Shown: positions 49,816-60,037 of the stretch, piece after piece | Numbering within the stretch: position 1 is the stretch's first letter | How the letters are laid out: the number at the start of each line of letters is the position of its first letter | Assembly: GCA_025201805.1 (NCBI GenBank) | Contig: MU619257.1 | Coordinates: 12,615-76,614, forward strand | From: Parasitella parasitica NRRL 2501 | Taxonomy: Eukaryota > Fungi > Mucoromycota | Reading direction: 5' to 3' | Length of the DNA stretch: 64,000 nt | The notes under the pieces: model-generated | Databases searched by the model: none | What the model saw: the letters and a program-made list of their open reading frames with translations, nothing else | Told to the model about the DNA's origin: nothing | Made by a program: the position numbers and the translations under genes

Positions 49816-52011
49816 ATGTCACAGCAATCATACACATCAGCAGCATCAGCACCAGTATCAGCATCAGCAGAAGTAGCAGCAGCAGCGAGCGCAGAGGATA
49901 ACGACACCTTTAAAATCCTTATTGCAACCGATAACCACATTGGCTATCTCGAAAGAGATCCTATTCGAGGCCAAGACTCTTTTCAAACGTTCGAGGAAAT
50001 TCTCCAGATAGCCGAGATTGAACAAGTTGATTTCGTACTATTAGGAGGAGACTTGTTTCATCACAATCGCCCTACAAGATCATGTCTTTATCAAACAATG
50101 AAGATGCTACGTCGTCATTGCTTTGGGGAGCGGACGAGCAGAGTGTGGATTTCCAGTGATCAGTCGGTGAATTTTGCAGACGAATTCTGCAAAGCCAATT
50201 ATCTGGACGAAAACTTCAATGTCAAAATGCCAGTGTTCAGTATTCATGGAAATCATGACGATCCGTCTGGCGTGGGTAATCTGTGTGCCTTGAACTTACT
50301 GCAAGTGTCAGGCTTGGTCAATTACTTTGGAGCGTCGCAGAGCATCGAGGATGTGGAGATCCACCCTATTCTCATGAAAAAGGGAAACAGTTCGCTAGCG
50401 TTGTATGGACTGGGTAATATCAGAGATGAGCGCTTACATCGCCAGTGGCGCTCTGGACATGTGAATTTTGTAAGGGGATCGCAAGACTGCTTCAATCTGT
50501 TTGTATTTCATCAGAATAGGGCTCGCCATGGGCCAACGTCCCATATTCCTGAAGAGTTCATCGATGGATTCATCGACCTGGTATTCTGGGGCCACGAGCA
50601 TGAGTGCCGCATTGGGCCTGAGGAGTACGATCGATTCCACATCACCCAGCCTGGATCCTCTGTTGCGACAAGCTTGAGTGAGGGAGAATCCCAGCCGAAA
50701 CACATTGGATTACTTCGCATCCAAGGCACCGAATACAGCATGGAATCTATCCGACTCAAAACCACGCGGCCACTGCAATTTACGACTGTGACTCTCTCGC
50801 AGGTTCAAGGCTTGAATCGAACAGACACAAAGGCAATCCAAACACATTTGGAAGGAGTCGTTGAGTCGTTGATCGAAAAAGCTAGAATTCAGTGGGAAGA
50901 ACAGCAGCAGCAAAGCCCATATCAGTTGCCATTGGAAGAGCCAGAAAAGGAAATGCCGATGCCGCTTGTGCGCATCCGCGTCGACTATTCTGGCGGTTAC
51001 GAAACTTTCAATCCTCAGCAATTTGGACAAAAGTTTATCGACAGGGTAGCAAATCCAAAAGACATTCTTAAATTCCAGCGTACTCAAACACGAACTAGCG
51101 TTGCGAAACCTTCTGAATTGCTGTCTGACTTGAGCACTGCGATTCCTGAGCGACTTGACACGCTTCGGGTGGAGGATCTTGTCAATGAGCTACTATCTCG
51201 TGATTTGTTTATTCTGCCAGAAACAGGGTTGGAGGAAGCTGTCATGTCACTTGTGGAGAAAAGTGACAAAGAAGCCATCCGCACCTTTGTTGCAAAATCA
51301 GTTGCACAAACACGCGCAACCATTACCGTTATACCAGAGGACCTCAGTTTGGACTACGTTAAACGCAAATCAGCCGAGTCCAAAGAGAACCAAGATCAAC
51401 CTCGGCGTCAAGATGGGAATGCTGTACAACCCACACAGCAAGTGCGAGGTAGCACAGCTCAAGTCAACGACTCTGACGACGACCTGCTTGATTCCATCAC
51501 GCCTTCACAATCCTCTCAATCACAGAGAGCACTGGACCCTTCTATTAGCAGTGAAGCGACGCCAACAACAAGCAGAGGAAGGGGTAGAGGAGCCAGAGGA
51601 GCCAGAGGACCAAGAAGCGCACGAGGAGGTAGTACAAGAGGAGGTGCCAGAGGAGCCAGAGGCTCGAGCACTACTACCAGTAGACAACGCAAAAGACAGA
51701 TTATACATGACTCTGAAGAGGAACAGATATCTGAAGTAGATGATGATGCATCTGAATCTACATCTGAATCTACATCTGCACCCTCTACACGAAGAGCAAA
51801 AGCCCCACAACGTGCTGCTTCAAATACGGCTGCAACTACATCTTCATATGCTATTTCAAGTGGTTCTGAAAGCGAGCATGAAATTCATGTTACAAATAAA
51901 AGACCAGCGCTAGCATCATCTCCCTCTCCTCCACCATCTTCTTCTCAGCCTGAACAGCAGAGCAAACGCAGAAGAGTTCTTCCTGGTAGCAGTTCCTCAG
52001 CAAAGCGTTGA
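49816..52011 (+). CDS. MRE11: Double-strand break repair nuclease Mre11 (single exon)
   Basis: ILIATDNHIG, LGGDLFHHN, SIHGNHDDP, FHQNR, WGHEHE, QPGSSVATSL, PLVRIRVDY, NPQQFGQKF..RVAN, and a C-terminal RG/RGG (GAR) tract. Confidence 0.97.
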   Translation: MSQQSYTSAASAPVSASAEVAAAASAEDNDTFKILIATDNHIGYLERDPIRGQDSFQTFEEILQIAEIEQVDFVLLGGDLFHHNRPTRSCLYQTMKMLRRHCFGERTSRVWISSDQSVNFADEFCKANYLDENFNVKMPVFSIHGNHDDPSGVGNLCALNLLQVSGLVNYFGASQSIEDVEIHPILMKKGNSSLALYGLGNIRDERLHRQWRSGHVNFVRGSQDCFNLFVFHQNRARHGPTSHIPEEFIDGFIDLVFWGHEHECRIGPEEYDRFHITQPGSSVATSLSEGESQPKHIGLLRIQGTEYSMESIRLKTTRPLQFTTVTLSQVQGLNRTDTKAIQTHLEGVVESLIEKARIQWEEQQQQSPYQLPLEEPEKEMPMPLVRIRVDYSGGYETFNPQQFGQKFIDRVANPKDILKFQRTQTRTSVAKPSELLSDLSTAIPERLDTLRVEDLVNELLSRDLFILPETGLEEAVMSLVEKSDKEAIRTFVAKSVAQTRATITVIPEDLSLDYVKRKSAESKENQDQPRRQDGNAVQPTQQVRGSTAQVNDSDDDLLDSITPSQSSQSQRALDPSISSEATPTTSRGRGRGARGARGPRSARGGSTRGGARGARGSSTTTSRQRKRQIIHDSEEEQISEVDDDASESTSESTSAPSTRRAKAPQRAASNTAATTSSYAISSGSESEHEIHVTNKRPALASSPSPPPSSSQPEQQSKRRRVLPGSSSSAKR

Positions 52012-52510
52012 ACCTCAGTTTGCTTGGTATATTTAAACATAATTAAAAAAAAACTCTTTGCTAAAGTGCCTTGATTTGTTTATTGTTTGCATTTTATTTA
52101 TTTGTTACAAAAAGAATTCGTATTCAATTTTTTTTTTTTTTTTTTTAATATGGATATATTAATCTTCTCGACTTCTATCCGCATTAAAAATGGCAAAAGG
52201 GAGAAATATAACATACGATTTGTTTGTATTAATAAGAAAAAAAAAAAATTGAATGCGTACGATAGAATCAAGTACGTTGGGAATAATTGTTATATTACAT
52301 TAAGGGGTTGAGCGCAAAAATAAGGGGAAGGGAAAATAAAATGTATCGTAATTTTCAGCCTTGATCCATCTATTAATCTTGCCATGAAAAATAGGGAGAT
52401 AAAGGAGGCCAGTATACCAAGAAAAGAAACACAGAAGGAGAACAGGTTGAAATACAGCAGGGCTATTATGTACACGGTATGTATTGTATGAGAAGATATG
52501 GATGCAAGGC

Positions 52511-53341
52511 TTAAAAGATGTTTTGAATAAACTTTTTCGTGTTGCTGATGAAAGAGCTTTTTGGCTTTGCGAATGATGTTGGTGTTTTGTTTAAAGGCTT
52601 GATAATTTGTTTGAGTTTATCTTTGAGCCCCTTCTTTGTGTGGGGGTGATCAGTAGTGGTGGTGTTGGTGGGTGCAGTCGATTGCACTGGTAACGGATCT
52701 TCAACTTGAGGTGATACAATTGTTGAAATTTCTTGCTGTTCGGAACAATTGGAGGGAGATGCTACAGTCGTAGCATTATTATTGTTACCATGACGACCAG
52801 TCTGTTCAAATGGACTAAAGCTATTTTCACGCTTTGGAATTTCTATTGTGTCTAAATTATCAATTTCATGTCTGCCATAATCCACTGCTTCATTAAACCA
52901 GCTAAGACCAGGTGGAGATGTAGATGTTGGTGCTGTGATAATATTGTGATAATGTTGCATATTGTTGGCCTGAATGTCATTTTGAACCATTGCAAATCCG
53001 CCCTTTAAGATATCGTGTAGTTCAATGCGTTCCAACTGCAAAAAATGATGTGAGAGTTGTGACAAGAATTCTTTTTCTTCCAGAGTTGGCAATGGCAGTT
53101 TGATGAAATCATCGTATTCATCGTATTCATCGCATTCATCGTCTTCATCCAGAACAGGGATGTATTGTTTGAAGGTTAACAAATTCTCCAAATCTGTGTG
53201 GGGTTTATTCTGTAGTGTGTGCTTAAATTCATCCAGAGCCCAATCTCTGAATTCCGGAACCTTGAGGGACATGGGCGAAGACAGTTTGGGCACTCCAGCG
53301 TCTGAAGGGAAAAGAAAATCTGATTGGGATTCAAAGTCCAT
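52511..53341 (-). CDS. Hypothetical protein
   Basis: Long single ORF (MDFESQSDFL...KKFIQNIF) with protein-like composition and an upstream TATA. No recognisable domain. Confidence 0.65.
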   Translation of the reverse strand: MDFESQSDFLFPSDAGVPKLSSPMSLKVPEFRDWALDEFKHTLQNKPHTDLENLLTFKQYIPVLDEDDECDEYDEYDDFIKLPLPTLEEKEFLSQLSHHFLQLERIELHDILKGGFAMVQNDIQANNMQHYHNIITAPTSTSPPGLSWFNEAVDYGRHEIDNLDTIEIPKRENSFSPFEQTGRHGNNNNATTVASPSNCSEQQEISTIVSPQVEDPLPVQSTAPTNTTTTDHPHTKKGLKDKLKQIIKPLNKTPTSFAKPKSSFISNTKKFIQNIF

Positions 53342-53688
53342 AATGTGCAATGTAATGTAAAGTAATGTAAAGAGAGAGAGAAAGAGAAAAAAAAAAGGTA
53401 CACAGATTAACAGCACAGCAAATCTTGGGCTTTTTATACTTTTTTTTTTTTTTTTTTTTTTTAATTAGACTTTCTAGTAATATATACTGCAAAAGGGGTC
53501 TATCTAGTGTATAAAAGTTGCAATGCATATTTTCTTGTGATACGTCCAAGAAAATTTTATTTGTTTTAACAAACATGTCGTACATGAGCCAAATCAACGG
53601 AAGCGAAGGTGCCGAAACCAGAACCCAAAATTAGTTTTGTTTTTTATTGATTTTCCATAAATTGCAATCGTCTCTTTCTCCCCCTGTG

Positions 53689-54114
53689 CTACTTGAAAAA
53701 GAAAGTAGCAAACGGATATATGAACAAAAAGAGGATGATGGCAACGATGAATAGAATAGTGAACAGATTGCAAAAACCTCTGGTATGAAAAAAACGCTTT
53801 TTTGTTGTGGCAGCCGTCTCCAGTGGAGGAAGTGTCTCAATATTCTTGTATTGGTCATCAATCCAAATAAATGAATAAGATGCGTCCTTTGTCATGATAC
53901 GAGGGTGCATCTCAAGACTGTAATTTGACATGCAGCCAAGTTGACGTGTGGATATGGTTGCCGCCGATTTATTATACATGAAATCTGATGATTTATGCAT
54001 GTAAACTGGTTCAGGTACTGGGGTCTCTTTCACTTCTTCACCAATGACAGTAATCTCTGTGTCCGAATGCTTCATAATTGTGTCATTGTCGTTCATACTG
54101 TTGTCCTGTACCAT
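53689..54114 (-). CDS. Small C-terminally anchored membrane protein with a Kre6/Skn1-like transmembrane motif
   Basis: 141 aa. KKRFFHTRGFCNLFTILFIVAIILFLFIYP is followed almost immediately by the stop. Confidence 0.6.
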   Translation of the reverse strand: MVQDNSMNDNDTIMKHSDTEITVIGEEVKETPVPEPVYMHKSSDFMYNKSAATISTRQLGCMSNYSLEMHPRIMTKDASYSFIWIDDQYKNIETLPPLETAATTKKRFFHTRGFCNLFTILFIVAIILFLFIYPFATFFFK

Positions 54115-54393
54115 GTCGTATATAGTTCAAAAGAAAGAAGGATAAAATGTGGAATTGCAACACATTCTACACATATATATTCAAAGAACCCCTTTATTTT
54201 CTCAATTATTGATCTCATTCACCCATTAGCAACGCAATCAAAGCAACAAAAACATTCATCGGTATGTCATTTCCGAGAACCAAAAATAAGGGGGTACTAT
54301 CACAAATAACAGAGGGTAAATATGTCTGTGTACAACAGGCACAAGCCCTTTTTTTTTTTTCTTTGTTTCCAATCATCCAACTAACGCTTCAAG

Positions 54394-54443
54394 AATATCA
54401 TTGGTAGAGTTTCAATATCATTGGTAGAGTTTCAATATCATTG
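54394..54443. repeat. 20-bp tandem repeat (AATATCATTGGTAGAGTTTC x2.5)
   Basis: Direct tandem copies between two divergent genes. Confidence 0.9.
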
Positions 54444-54621
54444 CTACAGGAACGACCTATTGTGTCAAAGAAGACGCTTCTAAGCAGTGTCCAATCACTT
54501 GAAGAACATCTATTATGAATTTTCCATGAAATGATGGTATATAAATGTAACTGAATTCAAGGGGGGGGGGACTTTCTTCTTCCATGTGGCAAGACAAAAG
54601 AGCATGCCATTCACCACATAA

Positions 54622-54993
54622 ATGATCATATTTCGAGAAACAATCACCAAGGGTGTCATTAAGAAAGCAACCACCGTGCTATCGGTCATTACCTCAGAGA
54701 CTACATCTCCAGATGAAGACGATGATAAAGAATCATCTGATGATCAATCGAATGACGATATTACTGATGATGATAAACAGGAGAGTAGCACAGCACCCAT
54801 TTGTGAATGTGGCAGAGAGCTAGACAGCGGCTGGAAATGCTCCTACTGCAGAAGACAATGCCCCATTTGTAACAGATCTTTATCTATGGACACTGAAGAA
54901 TACTGCGAACGGTGCTTCCGGCTATGTCCACATCACGGCTTATATAGTATCGCCTTTGGCTCTATCGCATGTCAACAATGTAAAAATGCTTAA
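54622..54993 (+). CDS. Small acidic, Cys-rich (putative multi-zinc-binding) protein
   Basis: CECG...CSYC..QCPIC...YCERC..LCPHH...CQQC after an acidic tract; TATA at about 54538. Confidence 0.7.
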   Translation: MIIFRETITKGVIKKATTVLSVITSETTSPDEDDDKESSDDQSNDDITDDDKQESSTAPICECGRELDSGWKCSYCRRQCPICNRSLSMDTEEYCERCFRLCPHHGLYSIAFGSIACQQCKNA

Positions 54994-55115
54994 TGTAACT
55001 GTACCATATGTGACTCGAAAGAGTCAATTACACTGCCAATTTATAGAGGCATTTGTAAATTTCTACCCCTTTTATTTCGTCCTTCCCCCCTCCCCTCTTC
55101 CATATCTTAACAAAT

Positions 55116-57441
55116 ATGAGCCAAGAACCTACCGCTAAAAGAATAAAGTTATCATTGGAACCTGCTATTGACAATAATGTGGTAGACATCACAAATGCGG
55201 GACAGGAGATTTTGAAAACGTAATATCCAACCCAATCCCATTTTATGAATTATTCTAACACGCTTACAAAACTGCAGAGATACGTCTTTACCAGAGAAAT
55301 TGATGCAGTCAGTGGATCGCATTTGGTTCGAAAGAGGAGAATGGAAGGACATATCAGAGAAATCGCTCATGGCATCCATTGAGAAACGCAAACAACAACC
55401 CGAGCTGGAAAAAAAGCAAGAAATCGAAACCGAAAACGCGCCTCCATCAATGACATTACCGCCAGGCTTTGACATTGCTAAATTGCGAGAATCTGTCATC
55501 AATAAACTATTTCACGCCAAAAGTGAGATCGACGTGGCTTTGGATGTCATCAATATTCTGGCAGCAGGTAATCGTGGGTCGTCAGCTGCTGTGAAAGATT
55601 TAGTGTTGCCTGCAGGATCACTTACCGCAACCTATGTCACAAAACCAAAGCCAACAACCAAATCACAACTGGAATCTGTGCAACTGAATCTAGGTCTTAA
55701 GCGAAAGAAGCAAAAGCAAGCGTCAGATTTCCTCAAAAAGAGCGCTTCAGCATTGAAAAAACTGGTTGAAAAGGAACAAGTATTTTGGGATGAAGCGTTG
55801 GATTTACGTAGAAACAACTGGCAAATGCAAGCAAACGGTAATGCGGGCGCTTCTTTTTTCGTACAGTATGGGTATACAGATGTTGGCTCGGATTTCAACG
55901 AGCAGTCCGTTGGTGAGCTGAAACGCGCTAGTGAGGATGATGAAACTTTAGACAACCTGCTGCAAATGTCGCTTCCACATAGCATCTGTCGGAAAGTTGC
56001 GGTGCGTATCAGTCAAAGTCATATGGGCAAACTAAGTCTCGGTGGTCAAAATGAACTCTCGGAGGGCATGTTAGGTATACTAGAAGATCAGGATGCATAT
56101 GTAGATCAAGACGGGGAGGGCATTGATAATCAGGGAAAGGGGGTGGCAGAAAAAGGTACGTTTATCGAAATGGAAAGCCTGTAAACAGCATACTAAATAT
56201 AGTAATTACAGTAATTACAACCTATGCAGACTCCCTGCTAAGCACATCGCATAGTAAAATACAGAACCAACTTGCAGAAGCACATTCCATTGTGTTTGAT
56301 GCCGAACTATTCTCGGATATTCTCGCTGAAGCCCAAGCTTTGGATAGCAATGTCAGATTCCCAGATGATGAAATTGTGATCAATATTGATGGTCAGATTG
56401 ATTTGCACGTATCAAAAGTTTCTGTTGGCCCATCAGATCAACTAAACCAGCAGAATCAACGTACAAAACTCACATCACAGCAAATCGTTAGTAGGTCAAT
56501 CGATTTATCTTTTAGATTGTTGTTATTGCAACACCAAAGATTTAATCTGTGGAAAACAAAGGCGAAAATATTATCCAGTAATCACAGAATTCATCAACTA
56601 CTGAGTGATACGTCTGTGGCTTCATCGACTGCATCCTCGGCTGCTACTCCAGTGAATACAGCTGCCACAAATGCACCTACTCCAACGAATTCTGGTGGTG
56701 GTGCCGGTAGTACACCAGCTCCCACTCCTACAGCGGCTACTTTGGGAGGCGTGCTATCTACGGTCGGAACGGGCGGTTCCGTTGTCACCGCAGGTCGTGC
56801 ACGGACAAGGCTAGCGTCCTCTGCTCGTGATCTTCCAAAGCATATTCCCATTCTGCTGCCAATCATGTCTCTCACGAGATTCTGGGTCCAATTTGATAGA
56901 ATTAGGCACGTAACCAACAAGACTATTCGTGAATATCATAGTTTACCGATATCTGTGCATTACAAGTTTGCAGATAGCTATCAAACAGAAACAACATCAA
57001 GGCCATACGATACATATCCAGGATACGGACAAGCCGCACTATGTTTGGGTCTGAGTATATTAAGAGGGTAAAGTAGCAAAAAAAAATGATTATTGCCGTA
57101 CAATATGGCTAAATTTTTTATTTTTTATTTTTTTTTTATTTTGTATATTAGCCCATCCTTGCATTTCAATTTGAGTCAGTCGGGTGCTATTTCCGTGTGT
57201 CTTCCTCAAATAACGGTTGTACTTCAGAATGTATCTGAATTCGAGGCTTTTCTGTCGCGAGAGATTAAGGTTATTTGCTTGCGTACAGTATGCGATGTGG
57301 CAAATGATTTGGTTAAAAGCCAACAATGGTGGCAGGTCGATCAAGTGGATGAGGCTATTCATGGGTCTGTCTGGTGGCACAGCGGTGCTAGTAATTGGAG
57401 AAATATGTAGGTCATGATTATCATTTTGTGCTACTCTTGAG

Positions 57442-57481
<40 letters not shown>

Positions 57482-57648
57482 ATTTTTTTTTTTTTAACTC
57501 GCATCTAGAGTTCAAATTAAATGCAACTCAGGATCAGAAAGAGTCAATCTACATATTAAAATTGAATCAGCTCACTGCGCCAATGCATTTCAAAGAAAAA
57601 GTCCATGTTATCATAAAGGAAATTATAAAAGATGGACAAAAAGAGTAA
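55116..57648 (+). CDS. SRB4: Mediator complex subunit 17 (Srb4), multi-exon; frame and end of the last exon uncertain
   Basis: RIWFERGEWKDISEKSL, LFHAKSEIDVALDVINIL, LKKLVEKEQVFWDEALDLRRNNW, FVQYGYTDVGS and LAEAHSIVFDAELF. Confidence 0.85.
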
Positions 57649-57859
57649 TAATAAAAAACAAAAAAGGACAGTGCTATTGTTGTCATTAAATTTGAGCATA
57701 ATTTCATATTGTATAATCAAAAGCTCGTCATTTTTTATGTGCGTATGGTACGATGTATTCTTAATTTATGGGTGCTGTGGATGTTTTATTTCAAAGAAAT
57801 TTTTTCTTCAGCATTATTTATTAAGCTTTTGAAATGGTTACTACCCGCTGAAACTGCAG

Positions 57860-58800
57860 TTGCAAACGAAAATGCCAATGGTTAACATTCTTGCTCTAGA
57901 AGACGACCTGGAAGCCATCATAGAGGCCCAAGAGGAGCGTATAGAAATTCTTCTCAAGAATTAAGAGACTTGGCTATCAAATGTTATGAGAGGATGGACG
58001 ATAAGTCGATTCCCCAAGCAGCAAGAGAAATGGGTGCTAAACGCAATACTCTTAGTACTCATGTAAATCTTTACAGCCAGGAAGGCAGTACTGTAGTGAG
58101 TCCTTCAAAAGACGAAGAAGAAAAGGAGAAACAATCAAATTTAATGACACTCATCTGCAGTTTTCACAAGAAACTCTTGACGAGGATTGCACTCAAACGC
58201 TTGGAATGTTAAGAGAAAAGATATTGAGCAGCTTTTCTGATCTGGCAGAGAAGAAAATCTCGGACAGTGGCCTTTGGAGATTCCTTGTAGAGCACACCGG
58301 CTATATTTTAACTCGTGTCAAACCTGTTGAAGAACAAATAAATGCAACCGCCACAATTGAACCAGGATATGAGTATGTAAGCAAGTTGCTGACAAAAGGC
58401 ATTGCATATAAGAACAATTGCAATTTTGTCGATGAAGCTGTGTTTAATGCCAACTTGGTCCTTGAGGTTGGGTACTCAAAGAACAGACTACTATTTACGC
58501 AATCCAAAAGAGCTGTCAATATTTATATTCTTGCGGCTATCTCCTACCATGGCGTTGAAGATGTTTCTGTCAAGAAAATTCAAGGAGGCACTACTGGAGC
58601 CATCTTCAAAGAATTCATCCAAGGCATCATAAAGAAATTGGGTGATACTGGTGCTGGTAATTACTGTTTTGTGATGAATGATGTTTCCATACACAAAAAT
58701 CCTCTGTTAAAAGAGTTATTTAAAAACTCTTGGCATCTAATGTGTCTTTTGGTGTCCTTTATGCACCATCAATAGTATCTGCTAGCTTCCCACCTGTGCT
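57860..58800 (+). mobile_element. Decayed IS630/Tc1-mariner transposase pseudogene
   Basis: HTH SIPQAAREMGAKRNTLS, FVDEAVFNANL, NIYILAAISYHG, GGTTGAIFKEFI and FVMNDVSIHK (degenerate MDNA..H), with frameshifts. Confidence 0.8.
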
Positions 58801-58962
58801 CGTAGAAAATTCAACATACTGTTGACCAAACTTTCGTTGACCGCCTGCTCATTTATTTCATTGAATGTAAAAGCCAAGCCAAGGATATTCGTATTTTGAT
58901 ATTGAAATAACATGCAACTATAATTAGACAGAATTGGAAACAACATAGCATTCATTTGCCAA

Positions 58963-59132
58963 NNNNNNNNNNNNNNNNNNNNNNNNNNNNNNNNNNNNNN
59001 NNNNNNNNNNNNNNNNNNNNNNNNNNNNNNNNNNNNNNNNNNNNNNNNNNNNNNNNNNNNNNNNNNNNNNNNNNNNNNNNNNNNNNNNNNNNNNNNNNNN
59101 NNNNNNNNNNNNNNNNNNNNNNNNNNNNNNNN
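58963..59132. other. Assembly gap (170 N)
   Basis: Run of n. Confidence 1.
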
Positions 59133-60037
59133 CAACAATACAAAAATTATACAGAATTGCTAAAGAGCAAATAAAGAAAGAAAACGTAGAAAAATCCATC
59201 GCATCAGCTTTAGTTGACGTTTGCAATCGCACTAGCTTACATTTCAGTAAACGTGATAGGGGCTATGCCAGATCGTCTTCTTAAAAAAAACGCGCACTAG
59301 CCTACCCAGACGATGGAATCTTGTATAAGAGTACTTGTAAAAGTAGAAAAAGACTCCCCACGTGCGCCACCGATGCCAGCACCTTTGGAATTACTTCAAG
59401 CAACGTTTCAAAATATCAATAATACTGAGATCAACCATAACAACACTGATGACATTTTAGCTGAAGCTAGTATTTCGAAAAGCGATATGATCATGCTCTT
59501 CAATTCAAACAGTCGGTAGAAGTAATGAATTGGAAAGAATGCTACAATTTTTACAAAAAAATGAAAAATAGACTTGATTACAATAAACAATTGACACGCT
59601 TATGAGCGATATGCATATTCAAAAGGGAAAAGAGAAATCAGCTAAAGAACTTTATGTTAGCTTACATCAAAAGCACAGTGAGCCTGCCGAAGAGACGTCA
59701 GTACGAAGAGCTAGCTGAGCAGCTAATTGTTTTTTTTCCGTCAGACAGGATTTTAGTCTTAATTAATACGCATACTAAAGCAGCTAGTACTCTACTTTCA
59801 CTTGGCAAAGTATGTATCTAAAAGTTATTTACAATAGCATTTATTTTCTGCAGAGATTAATCCACACTAATTATGTCCAGTATATCGAATTGTGCAAGAG
59901 TTTTATTATATATAATAATCAAAATATTTGTAATGTAGACAAAAAGTGAGGGAGAGTAGTAGCAATGAAGCACATTTATAAAAATAATTAGGAGATAGTA
60001 TGTACAAAAGAGAGTGTATTGCATATTTCAAAATATG

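Noticed and set aside
58782-59232. ORFs spanning the N-run
   Set aside because: Artefacts of the assembly gap.
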